Shown here: positions 26,744 to 38,600 of the stretch, piece by piece
Numbering within the stretch: position 1 is the first letter of the stretch
How the letters are laid out: each line of letters begins with the position of its first letter
Assembly: GCF_006345805.1 (NCBI RefSeq)
Contig: NC_043004.1
Coordinates: 103,106,001 to 103,170,000 of the forward strand
Direction of reading: 5' to 3'
Origin: Octopus sinensis
Taxonomy: Eukaryota
DNA length: 64,000 nt
Notes under the pieces: generated by a model
What the model was told of the DNA's origin: nothing
Databases searched by the model: none
Seen by the model: only the letters and a program-made list of their open reading frames with translations
Translations under genes and position numbers: made by a program

Positions 26744-26831
26744 TTGTTCGTCATTGTTTTCAGTCTGCGGAGAAATGGTTAAAATTTGCCCAGTCTATAA
26801 TCATACATGTGTTACACACACACACACACAC

Positions 26832-26890
<59 letters not shown>

Positions 26891-26893
<3 letters not shown>

Positions 26894-27036
26894 CGCAGAA
26901 GTGGCTGTGTGGTAAGTAGCTTGTTTACCAACCACATGGTTCCGGGTTCAGTCCCACTGCGTGGCATCTTGGGCAAGTGTCTTCTGCTATGCCTTGTGAG
27001 TGGATTTGGTAGACGGAAACTGAAAGAAGCTTGTCT

Positions 27037-27067
<31 letters not shown>

Positions 27068-27290
27068 GTATGTGTTCGTGTGTCTGTGTTTGTCCCCCTA
27101 GCATTGCTTGACAACCGATGCTGGTTGTTTATGTTCCCGTTACTTAGCGGTTCGACAAAAGAGACCGATAGAATAAGTACTGGGCTTACAAAAGAATAAG
27201 TCTCGGGGTCGAGTTGCTCGATTAAAGGCGGTGCTCCATCATGGCTGCAGTCAAATGACTGAAACAAATAAAAGAGTAAAAGAGAGTATA
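26891..27290 (+). mobile_element. SINE family A
   Basis: ggcgcagaagtggctg..gactgaaacaaataaaagagta, small head deletion. Confidence 0.9.
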
Positions 27291-27741
27291 TATATATATA
27301 TTTGTGTGTATGTGTGTATACATATGTATGCACGTATGTATGTATGCATGTATGTATACACACACACACACACACAGAAATTTAGCGACATTGATTACGA
27401 ATGTCAGCAAGAGCAATTTATATATTACACAGAATCGCCCTAGAATGCAAAATCGAACGGAGTGAAAATTTAACTCCAAAACTTAGATTGACGTGGATGA
27501 CCTCGGCGACGGCAATAAAAAAAAAGGCAGAGAGAAAGAGAGGGGAGAGAAAGAGAGAGGTGAATTAAGTTATTACATCTACGTTTTTTTTTAAATTTTG
27601 TTGTTATTTTGTAAATATAATAAGCTTCTGAGTGTCACCTGTCTCGTTATTCCGACTATCTTCGACATCTATGTAAATGTCAACATGTCAGTTTGTCATC
27701 AGTCTCTGTGTCAGTCCGATACTACTAACAAACTACTAACA

Positions 27742-27780
<39 letters not shown>

Positions 27781-28099
27781 AGACAATGTGTGTTTGTCAC
27801 ATGCACGCAGCTTCCTACGAGCTACATAGTGCAGATGGTGGGACAACGACCTTCGCATTCTAAAGAGGTTTTGGTGGAAGAGATAATGACTCGAGGGTTG
27901 CCGTTGTTTAACCCCAAGCCATTCCTAACTGAGTAGTCATACGAGTGAAAGTTGTCCAACCGTGGCCACCTCATTGTTTTAAACATCAAGGACTAAATTG
28001 GGTTGTAGATTCGATTGGTAGATTTAATCTCTCTTTTGGCTTTTACATAACTACATGGTCCTTGCTCCATTTCCCGGAAGACGAAGCACCGCATCTACA

Positions 28100-28545
28100 A
28101 CTCATTGGCCTCTCTATTCTCCTCTGTGGAGCAGAAACGTGGCCCCTTTCGAAGACCCTGATAAAGAGGATCGACGGCTTCGATAGCAGAGCCTTGAGAA
28201 CCATCGAGAACATCAGATGGTACTATCACGTTTCCAACAAAGAACTGCGTGCGTACACGCATCAGCTTGCAACCTCCCACCTCACAGCTATTCATCGCAT
28301 GCGCCGGTACGAACATGTCCTCCGTCTCCCGCTAGATCACCCTACCAGGTCTTTACTCTCATTCGATGCAGCAGCTGTGGACTGGCAGAGGCCTAGTGGT
28401 AGGACCAGCACCAGATGGTTGGACGTGGTTGGGGAAGATTTTTGGAGGCTCAACATCACTTTGGAGGATGCAGAGAGGTTGGCATGGGACCACCAGCAAT
28501 GGAGATCACTGGTGGACATGATCGGTGCCACGCATGATGACGTCT
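28100..28545 (+). mobile_element. RTE-clade LINE 3' fragment
   Basis: LLCGAETWPL..FDSRALRTI..W..HVSN.EL..EHVLRL..R..GR...RWLDVV..D..WRSLV, typical RTE ORF2 C-terminus. Confidence 0.82.
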
Positions 28546-29515
28546 CTGAGACCACTAGCCTGGAATAACCCCAGTCCCGATTCCTTATGTACTTTCAGCG
28601 ATGTCATTCTGCTGCAAACACTCGGATTGGTCCCCCCGTTTGAGGATAACGCCCTCCGTCTCTCTCTCCCTCCGTCCCTCTCTCGCTCCGTCCCTCTCTC
28701 GTTCCGTCCCTCTCTCGTTCTCTCTCTCTCTCCCCCTCTCTCTCTCTCTCACCAACACAGAGCGCGTGCTAGTATGTTATGCGGTAATCATTGCAAAGAC
28801 GACTGCACATTCACCTCGAAGCGCCGGGTCTCCAGCAGAAAATAGTAATTTAATCCATTATTAATTACCAACCTCAATCGAAGAACAGAGTTCAGTGAGA
28901 GTTAGCAGTTCTCATTTAGCTCTATCTACCAATGGTTTGGGTAAGGTATTGGTAAATAATGGATTCTGGCGCCTCGAGATAATCTAAGCACTACATAGTA
29001 GGAAGGTCTACAGAAACACTTGTAAAGATTACGTAACTTATGAATTTAAGCTATATCTCCTGACTTATTCTTCTCACATTTATAATTTAACGCTAAATAA
29101 AACCGAAAAAGCAAGGGTCCTTTCCGAGCCATAGACGCATTCTCTTTCAAAGCACCGGGTGCCGAAATACCCGAAAGTCAGGGACAAGCGAGATAACTCA
29201 TCTCTGATCCCATCAAGAGTGATGGATGTTTCGCCATTTTTATGTCTTGTCGACATCACGTGTAAGTCGTGGACTGGCGATATAATTCATTTTCGATCCT
29301 GTCCGGTTGCAGGATTTTGATAAGAAGCAAAAATGGTGGAATATCGATGTCCATCACTCCTAGATGGGATTAGAGGTGAGATTAACATCGCCTGTCCATG
29401 AGTTTCAGGTGTTGTGGCATCTGGTGCTTTGAGAGAGTATTGTCCACCACGCCATAACACATCCTACTGGAAAATACACCATTAGTTTGCGTTAAGTATA
29501 AGTGGTTGATAATGC

Positions 29516-29573
<58 letters not shown>

Positions 29574-30589
29574 ACACACAAACAGTTTGTGAATATTTTA
29601 TTCCAGCACCGCCTTCGCCGTTATAGTTGTGTTAGCTCAAAACTACCACGCCAAAGGACATGCTGTGTGTGTCTGGGCGTGCATGCATGTGTATGTGTGT
29701 GTATGTGTGTGTGTGTGTGTGTCCGTCCGTCTGAACTTGTAAGTTTTTGTCTGGCCTTGTGAGTTCATATATTTGCATATGGGAAACGTGTATGTGCGTA
29801 TGTATGTGTGCGTGTATGTGTGTGTGTGTGTTATTGCGCGCGCGCTTCTCATAAGCCAACGGAAGTGCATGAAAAGAATATCTTCCAATCATGTAAACGT
29901 TTCCGTTTACTTAAGAAAACATAAGGAAATTTTAAACAAAACAACAACGACATATGTAAATAAATGTAACAACCCCAATGATCCTAGCTTTAATCTGTGT
30001 AATATGCGAGTAGCAAGCAACGTGAGAAAGATTTGTTCCGTTAAATACATTCATCACAACAGGATTTTACGGTGATAAAACTCAATAAAGTCCTACTATT
30101 GTTTCCTTTGAGTATTTTAAAGTTCTTTTAAGCGAGATATACTACTTCCCAGTTGCTCAATTCATAGCTTATTAAACCCTCCGGATGTCGTCTGTAATTA
30201 GCTTTCCTTTTACCCACAGGCATTTTTACATTGTTTTTCTTCTATTTTTCTTTTCATTACATTATCATGAAATGATAAAGTGAAGGAGAAAGAAAGGAGT
30301 TGAAAAGCAAGAAATATCTTCTTTGCTTTATTGTCTTTGTCTTCTCCACACAAGCCTGTGTCTCTTAGTCTATACGACGACCGTCTGCTGCTCTCATTTC
30401 CTTTTTAAATCTTTACAACTCTAAAGACCGCCCGTCCGCCTCATTGCCATACTGCTGGTGGTCTACCAGCAGACGACACGCAGAGGTTATACCATGCCGA
30501 GATTTCATTCCAACAGGTTTCTTTATTGCCTCATTTTAGTTTGACTTCATTCTTCTGTCGGTCTTTTTCTCTTCTCTTTCAAATCTTTG

Positions 30590-30689
30590 TCCACCATATG
30601 CATGCACGCACGCACGCACGCACGCAGACACGCACACACACACACACGCACTAACTATCCATCTATCCATCCATCCATTCATCTATCTG

Positions 30690-30767
<78 letters not shown>

Positions 30768-30773
30768 CGTCCG

Positions 30774-30868
<95 letters not shown>

Positions 30869-30926
30869 TCTGTCTGTCTGTCTGTCTGTCTGTCTTTGTG
30901 TATGTGTGTACATCTGTATATGTGTG

Positions 30927-30968
<42 letters not shown>

Positions 30969-31603
30969 CACACATATACAGATGTACCTATATGTATATG
31001 TGTGAGTGTGTGTACGTACATACGTACATACATACATACGTACATACATTATACACTTTTATACACATATATAGTTATATCTCCGTCTTTACTCCTTCTA
31101 ACACCGAATTCGATGTGGCTTCTCTCTCTCCTCCATAAGAAACACACTCCATTTTCTCTTTCTTTATAACTCCTTTTTCCTTCCCCCTACATCTTCCCCC
31201 ATTTTTTTTTTCTTTTTCTTACAACCTTCCGCTCTTTACTTGGCACAGAGACTCTTTTTTTGCTACTTGTGTCACCTTCCTTCACCACAAAACTCCCGCA
31301 ACTTCAAGCCTCACAACAATAACATACATGTGGACAACCTCCCGTTTTCTTCCATTTTTCTTCCTCTTTTTTTTTTCCTACCTCCTCAATCTTCTTAATA
31401 CCCATTTTAACTTTCATAGTCTGGCCTTGAGAATAAACGTGGGAGTCTCTTGCAGACGACCCAATTTTTGTCAATCAAATTCCACGCATTTTTTTGTTTG
31501 TATTACGCGAAGAGAAGGAATATATATATAGTCTGGTGTGGCGGCGGCTATAAAAGGGAGGAGGAAGAAGACAGTGGGAAAAAAGAGGAGAGAAAAGTAT
31601 ACA

Positions 31604-31662
<59 letters not shown>

Positions 31663-31714
31663 GTGTGCGTGTGTGCGTGTGTTTTGTATATATATATATG
31701 TACATATATGCATG

Positions 31715-31746
<32 letters not shown>

Positions 31747-31895
31747 CATATATACATTTATATATATATATATATATATATACATACACACACAAATGTA
31801 TACATATATACACATATATATACATATACATATGTGTATACACACACACATATATAAACATATATATATGTATGTATATATATATATATATATAT

Positions 31896-31977
<82 letters not shown>

Positions 31978-31980
31978 GCG
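30590..31980. repeat. Cluster of (TATC)n, (TGTC)n, (TG)n and long (TA)n microsatellites
   Basis: Direct reading; two clusters separated by pyrimidine-rich unique sequence. Confidence 0.9.
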
Positions 31981-32351
31981 TATATACACACATATATGTA
32001 TGCATGCGTACACATATGAATGTATTGCTTTATTCTTTTACCGGTTTCATTCATAATGCTATTATGGCTGTATAGGTCAACGCTGCCTTCAAGAGTTTAG
32101 TGAAACACACTGATTCATACCCCACTACTTATGTTCGGTCTGGTGCATATTTTATCGGCTAATTGTTGTCGAACCGCTAGGTCACGGGTCAATAAAATAA
32201 TTCACACCAGTTTTAGACACCGATACACACATATGCACATATTCATATATATATATATATATAATAAAATATTGGGAAATAAATCCAAACTTACAGGGAA
32301 AAATCAGATTTAGGATTAAATCCAATTTTATAGTATAAATATATTATATTA

Positions 32352-32575
32352 TATTATATTAAATTAGAGATAAAACCACTATTAGGCAAATCAAACAATG
32401 AAAAACATAAGCCAATACATAAAATTAATTATTTTATATTATTTTAAATATATCTTTTAAAATAAAATAAAATAAAATAAAAATACAATAATATAAATTA
32501 ATTAATTTTATGTATTGGCTTATGTTTTTCATTGTTTGATTTGCCTAATAGTGGTTTTATCTCTAATTTAATATA

Positions 32576-32578
<3 letters not shown>
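32352..32578. repeat. AT-rich inverted repeat, ~90-bp arms
   Basis: aaattagagataaaaccactattaggcaaatcaaacaatgaaaaacataagccaatacataaaattaatt and its reverse complement, ~45-bp spacer. Confidence 0.9.
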
Positions 32579-32629
<51 letters not shown>

Positions 32630-32845
32630 TTCAAATTTTAGTACAATGCCAGCAATTTGGGGAGAGGAGTAAGTCGATTACATCGACGACCCCTTTGTTC
32701 AATTCGTACTTATTCTAGCGACGCCATATGGTTGAAAGGCAAAGTCGACCACGGTAGAATTTGAACTCAGAACGTAGCGACGAACGAAATATTGCTAAGC
32801 ATTTTACCCCGTGCACTAATGATTTTGTCAGCCCGTCGCCTTCGC
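32630..32845 (-). mobile_element. SINE family D
   Basis: gaaaggcaaagtcgacc..gaatttgaactcagaacgtagcg..gcccgtcgcc. Confidence 0.78.
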
Positions 32846-33035
32846 AAAGGAGGCGAAAGTAATACAGCTATAGCGAAAAGGTTTAAAATTTACTGAACAT
32901 CAGTCTGGAAAATTTCAAGAGACTGGACCCTTCACTGATCGACCTAGACGTGGCCGAAAAAGAAGTGTGCCGACCCCTCGGTTTATCAAAAGTACCAGAA
33001 AAAAGACACGGCGAAATCTTCGTCGTTCGTGCTAA
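32846..33035 (+). pseudogene. DD37D (maT) mariner transposase, N-terminal HTH part
   Basis: GESNTAIAKRFKIY*TSVWKI then, after a frameshift, KFQETGPFTDRPRRGRKRSVPTPRFIKSTRKKTRRNLRRS. Confidence 0.8.
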
Positions 33036-33423
33036 GGGCGAGGTGCGTTTGCCCGTCTCCGTCGGTTAGCCGTGCCTGCGCTTTACGTGGAGCGACGGGC
33101 CCGGTCGAGAAGAGCGCGTGGATCCCACCGACCGCCGCTTGCGCGGCGGCGACGGGGCTCTCGTCTGCGACCTGCGGACGCCGCGCGCCTACCGGCCCGA
33201 CGGGAAACGGGTCGCGACGACGGATCGGAGGGGAAGTGCGTCCGATGCCGGCGCCCCGGGAATCGAACGCCGACGAGGCGGCAGACGACCGCCCGCGGAA
33301 CGAGCGGCCGCCACCGGCGCGTTCGTCGGCGACGACGGCGCCTCGGCGTGAAGCAGCGGACTGAGTCCCCTCGCGATCGCAGGGATAACTGGCTTGTGGC
33401 GGCCAAGCGTTCGCAGCGACGTC

Positions 33424-33461
<38 letters not shown>

Positions 33462-33503
33462 CGAAGCAGAATTCGCAAAGCGTTGGATTGTTCACCCACT
33501 AAC

Positions 33504-33550
<47 letters not shown>

Positions 33551-34155
33551 ATCCTACCGATGCATCGCGCGTACGCGGCGCCCCGAGTCGCGTCGGGGTA
33601 CTCGGCGTGCGGTCGAGGCGGCGGCGCGCTCGCGCGTCCGTCCGTCCTGGCCGTGCCGCCGGCGTTTCTCCGGCCGACCTTAGGCGGGCGTCGGCAACGT
33701 CAACTCGGCTACGGCTATCCCGTCCAGTACGAGAGGAACCGCGGGATCAGAGCAACGGTTTGCGCGCTCGCTCGATAGAGCGGTGGTGCCAGCTGCCTGC
33801 CTCTGAGCGATAACGGCTGAACGCCTCTAAGCGGAACCGTAGCCGGACCCGAGTTGTTTTCCAAAAGCGTCTCAACCTCAAGGCGCATGCCTTAGCTCGG
33901 CGTTCGCCGTCCGCCCGTCGCATTCGCGCGGCGAGCGGCAGCGTCGCCGGCGGAATTGCCATTCGGGGACGCGGCGGCGGCCGCGGCGTTCGCGCCGTGG
34001 TCGTCTGCTCGTCGTCCCGCCCCGACTAGTTCGAAGAGATCGAGACGAAAGGGATCGCTTGCATACGACCCGACTTGCCGTTCGGAGTGACGTGCTTAGT
34101 AGAGCAGCTACCACACTGCGATCTATTGAGTCTCTTCTCGCGAACGACACGATCC
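33036..34155 (+). rRNA. 28S rRNA: 28S rRNA, 3' fragment
   Basis: Conserved core from cagggataactggcttgtggcggcc (33380) through gatgtcggctcttcc and gagctgggtttagaccg, sarcin-ricin loop agtacgagaggaacc (33726-33740), terminal agagcagctaccacactgcgatctattgag; 33036-33378 only weakly alignable. Confidence 0.9.
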
Positions 34156-34399
34156 GCCCCTTCGAGGCGGAGAAGCGGGAGGAGGTGAGGAAAGATGGCG
34201 AAATTGTTGCGGCTCGGAGTCGGAGGAGTTACTTAGTGTTCGTTGCGTTGCGTTGCGTTGTGTCTCGTCTCGTCTCGTCACGTCTTGTCTGCGTCGAACG
34301 ACTCGGCGCGCGGTAATAGTCGTCGTCGCCGTAACCGCCTTCGTCTCGGCTTGGCAGCGCGCGCTCCGTTGCGGGTTCGTTTAAGTGAGAAGTGGAAGA

Positions 34400-34820
34400 A
34401 ACGGAACCTCCTGCTTAGTGCGCGAGTAGACGGGGTTGCCGCGCCAGCATGCAGCGCCCGTTTCGAACGTAACTTTCTGAACCGCCGACCAGTCGTCGCT
34501 CGTCGGCGTCCGGGTCGGTCCCCGGTCTCGCGGAGCGACGTACGACCTCTCAGTGGAACACCGCGACTGCCTGTTGTCGAAGCGGCGACTTCTGGGCATC
34601 GTCGTCCGATTGTCGAGGCGCCGCGTGAACGGATCGAAGGCGAGTAGCGTGTCCCTATCTACTGTCTAGCGAATGCAGAGCCGAGGGTACGGGCTTGAAG
34701 AAGTTCTCGGTATCGAGCGCGGGTAAACGGCGGGAGTAACTTGGTGAACGGATCGAAGGCGACGAGGATGTTGCCGCTATCCCTATCTACTACTGTCTAG
34801 CGATAAGCAGAGCTGAGTTA
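34400..34820 (+). pseudogene. Scrambled, degenerate 28S domain IV fragments in the spacer
   Basis: 26-nt match agcgcgggtaaacggcgggagtaact (34716-34741); two copies of gtgaacggatc..ccctatctact..tctagcga. Confidence 0.82.
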
Positions 34821-35602
34821 CTACGACGAAGACCACGAGTGTGTGTGTCCGTGTGTTATCCACGCGCATCGAAGCGGCGATTTCACTTGAGAGAGTTCTC
34901 GGTCGAGTGCACGAGTCGAAAGAGTTATGCGGCCGGTCGATTGCCGGGGAGTGAGTCTGAGTTACGACGAAGACCACGAGTGTGTGTGTCCGTGTGTTAT
35001 CCACGCGCATCGAAGCGGCGATTTCACTTGAGAGAGTTCTCGGTCGAGTGCACGAGTCGAAAGAGTTATGCGGCCGGTCGATTGCCGGGGAGTGAGTCTG
35101 AGTTACGACGAAGACCACGAGTGTGTGTGTCCGTGTGTTATCCACGCGCATCGAAGCGGCGATTTCACTTGAGAGAGTTCTCGGTCGAGTGCACGAGTCG
35201 AAAGAGTTATGCGGCCGGTCGATTGCCGGGGAGTGAGTCTGATTACGACGAAGACCACGAGTGTGTGTGTCCGTGTGTTATCCACGCGCATCGAAGCGGC
35301 GATTTCACTTGAGAGAGTTCTCGGTCGAGTGCACGAGTCGAAAGAGTTATGCGGCCGGTCGATTGCCGGGGAGTGAGTCTGAGTTACGACGAAGACCACG
35401 AGTGTGTGTGTCCGTGTGTTATCCACCGCATCGAAGCGGCGATTTCACTTGAGAGAGTTCTCGGTCGAGTGCACGAGTCGAAAGAGTTATGCGGCCGGTC
35501 GATTGCCGGGGAGTAAGTCTGAGTTACGACGAAGACCACGAGTGTGTGTGTCCGTGTGTTATCCACGCGCATCGAAGCGGCGATTTCACTTGAGAGAGTT
35601 CT
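34820..35602 (+). repeat. Tandem array of ~5.5 copies of a 141-bp unit
   Basis: gaccacgag at 34831, 34972, 35113, 35253, 35394, 35534; copies nearly identical. Confidence 0.95.
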
Positions 35603-38600
35603 CCCGAAATCGAAAGAACGAACCCAAGCTCGCGGTGCGGCCCACGGACGCGTGGACGTAGCCGCCACCGATGCTGGAAGGCGTTCGCGAGATGCACGCG
35701 CTCGATACGGCGACGCGGTCCGTCCCGTAAAGTCCCGAAAGATGACAAACTGCGGCTAGCGCTATCTAGCGGCAGGCCTGCGCCGTTCGCCCGCGTCTCC
35801 GCCGCCGAACCGTGCGTGAAATCGAAAGCACGAAACTAAGCGGGCGGTGTCGGCCACGTACGCGCGGACCTAGCCGCGACCGATGCTGCGAGGTACAGGC
35901 GTTCGATACGGCGACGTGGTCCGTCTCATAAATTCCCGAAAGATGACAAACTGCGGCCGGTGCCGGTAGCGGCGGGCCTGCGCCCGCGCCTCCGACGCGC
36001 TACCGCGAGGCTGAGGTGGGGGCTTGAGCGAAGCTTGCGCTCTCGCCCACGTACACGTGGACGTAGGCGCGATCGATGCCGTCAGTCGCCGGGAATGCGT
36101 GGCGACATGCACCGGGTAAAAACAGCGACGTGGTCCGACCCGTGAGTTAAGGAGGTGCTCGGACCGTAAGCAAACGGATCGGCCCCGGCTGGATAGTCAC
36201 GCCTCTAGGTGACCGTCGCACCCCAAGGGGGTCAAGACTATATTGAGGGCTTGCAGTCGGCAGTTTTCATGCCTCGGGGACCGTTCGGCAGGATGCCAGA
36301 GACGTCAGCCCGGCGGGTGGCCGCCGCCTTCGCGCCGCCTCGCTTTCTCCCGTTCGTCCACGAGCCGCGGGGCGTTAGCGGCAGACCCGCGCCGGTCGCC
36401 CGGTTCCTCCGCCGCGCTAACCGTGCCCGAAACCGAAAGAACGAACCCACGCTCGCGGTACGGCCCACGGACGCGTGGACGTAGGCGCCACCGATGTTGG
36501 AAGGGCGTTCACGAGATGCACGCCGTCGAACGGCGACGCGGTCCGTCCCGTAAAAACCCGAAAGATGGCAAACTGCGGCTAGCGCGGTCGCCCGTTGCTC
36601 CGCCACCCTAACGTGCCCGAAATCGAAAGAACGAACTTGAGCGTGCGGTCTCTCCCCACGTACGCGTGGACGTAGCCGCGACCGATGTCGCGACGTGCGG
36701 GCGTTCGATGCGGCGACGCGTCCGTCCGTAAATTCCCGAAAGATGACAAACTGCGGCCGGTGCATGCAACGGCCGATAGCGGCGGCCATGCGCCCGCCTT
36801 CTACCGCCTTCGTCCGCAGCCCCGCCGCGCGACCGCGAGGTTCAAGCGGGGCTCGAGCGAAACGTGCGCTCTCGCCCACGTACACGTGGACGTAGGCGCG
36901 ATCGATGCCGTCAGTCGCCGGGAGTGCGTGGCGATATGCACCGGGCGAAAACAGCGACGCGGTCCGACCCGCGAGTCAGGGAGGTGCTCGGACCGTAAGC
37001 AAACGGATCGGCCCCGGCTGGACAGTCACGCCTCTAGGTGACCGTCGCACCCCGAGGGGGTCAAGACTATATTGAGGGCTTGCAGTCGGCAGGTTTCATG
37101 CCTCGGGGACCGTTCGGCAGGATGCCAGAGACGTCAGCCTACGACGCCGTCAGCCCGGCGGGCCGCCGCCGCCTTCGCGCCGCCTCGCTTTCGCCCGTTC
37201 CTCCACGCCCCGCTGGGCCGTTAGCGGAAGGCCTGCGCCTGTCGCCCGTTGCTCCGCCGCGCTACCGTGCCCGAAATCGAAAGAACGAAGCCAAGCTCGC
37301 GTCACGGCCCACGTACGCGCGGGCGTAGCCGCCAGCGATGCCGGAAGGCGTTCACGAGATGAACGCGCTCGATACGGCGACGCGGTCCGTCCCGTAAAAT
37401 CCCGAAAGATGACAAAAACTGCGGCTAGCGCGATGTAGCGGCAGGCCTGCGCAAGGCCTGCGCCGGTCGCCCGCGTCTCCGCCGCCGAACCGTGCGTGGA
37501 ATCGAAAGCACGAAACTAAGCGATGTTGCGAGGTACGGGCGTTCGATACGGCGACGTGGTCCGTCTCGTAAATTCCCGAAAGATGACAAACTGCGGCCGG
37601 AGCCGGTGGCGGCGGGCCTTCGCCCGCGCCTCCGCCGCGCTACCGCGAGGCCGAAGTGGAGCTTGAGCTAAGCTGGCGCTCTCGCCCACGTACACGTGGA
37701 CGTAGGCGCGATCGATGCCGTCAGTCGCCGGGAGTGCGTGGCCATATGCACCGGGCAAAAACAGCGACGTGGTCCGACCCGTGAGTTAGGGAGGTGCTCG
37801 GACCGTAAGTTAAACGGATCGGCCCCGGCTGGATAGTCACGCCTCTAGGTGACCGTCGCACCCCAAGGGGGTCAAGACTATATTGAGGGCTTGCAGTCGG
37901 CAGGTTTCATGCCTCGGGGACCGTTCGGCAGGACGCCAGAGACGTCAGCCTGCGACGCCGTCAGCCCGGCGGGCGGCCGCCGCTTTCGCGCCGCCTCGCT
38001 TTCTCCCGTTCGTCCGCGAGCCGCGGGGCCGTTGGCGGCAGGCCCGCGCCGGTCGCCCGTTCCTCCGCCGCGCTACCGTGCCCGAAACCGAAAGAACGAA
38101 CCCACGCTCGCGGTACGGCCCACGGACGCGTGGACGTAGGCGCCACCGATGTTGGAAGGGCGTTCACGAGATGCACGCCGTCGATACGGCGACGCGGTCC
38201 GTCCCGTAAAAACCCGAAAGATGGCAAACTGCGGCTAGCGCGGTCGCCCGTTGCTCCGCCACCCTAACGTGCCCGAAATCGAAAGAACGAACTTGAGCGT
38301 GCGGTCTCGCCCACGTACGCGTGGACGTAGCCGCGACCGATGTCGCGAGGTGCGGGCGTTCGATGCGGCGACGCGGTCCGTCCCGTAAATTCCCGAAAGA
38401 TGACAAACTGCGGCCGGTGCAGGCAACGGCCGATAGCGGCGGCCATGCGCCCGCCTTCTACCGCCTTCGTCCGCAGTCCCGCCGCGCGACCGCGAGGTTC
38501 AAGCGGGCTCGAGCGAAACCTGCGCTCTCGCCCACGTACACGTGGACGTAGGCCGCGATCGATGCCGTCAGTCGCCGGGTGGCGTGGCGATATGCCACCG

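Noticed and set aside
30587-32075. ORFs of YI/CV/HT/SIYL repeats here and elsewhere in the ORF track
   Set aside because: Translations of microsatellites.
33036-34155. R2 or R1 element inserted in 28S
   Set aside because: No RT or endonuclease ORF is present, and the 28S region containing these target sites is absent from the block.
34783-35760. ORFs with 47-aa repeats
   Set aside because: A by-product of a 141-bp (3x47) unit; frames break at 1-bp indels.
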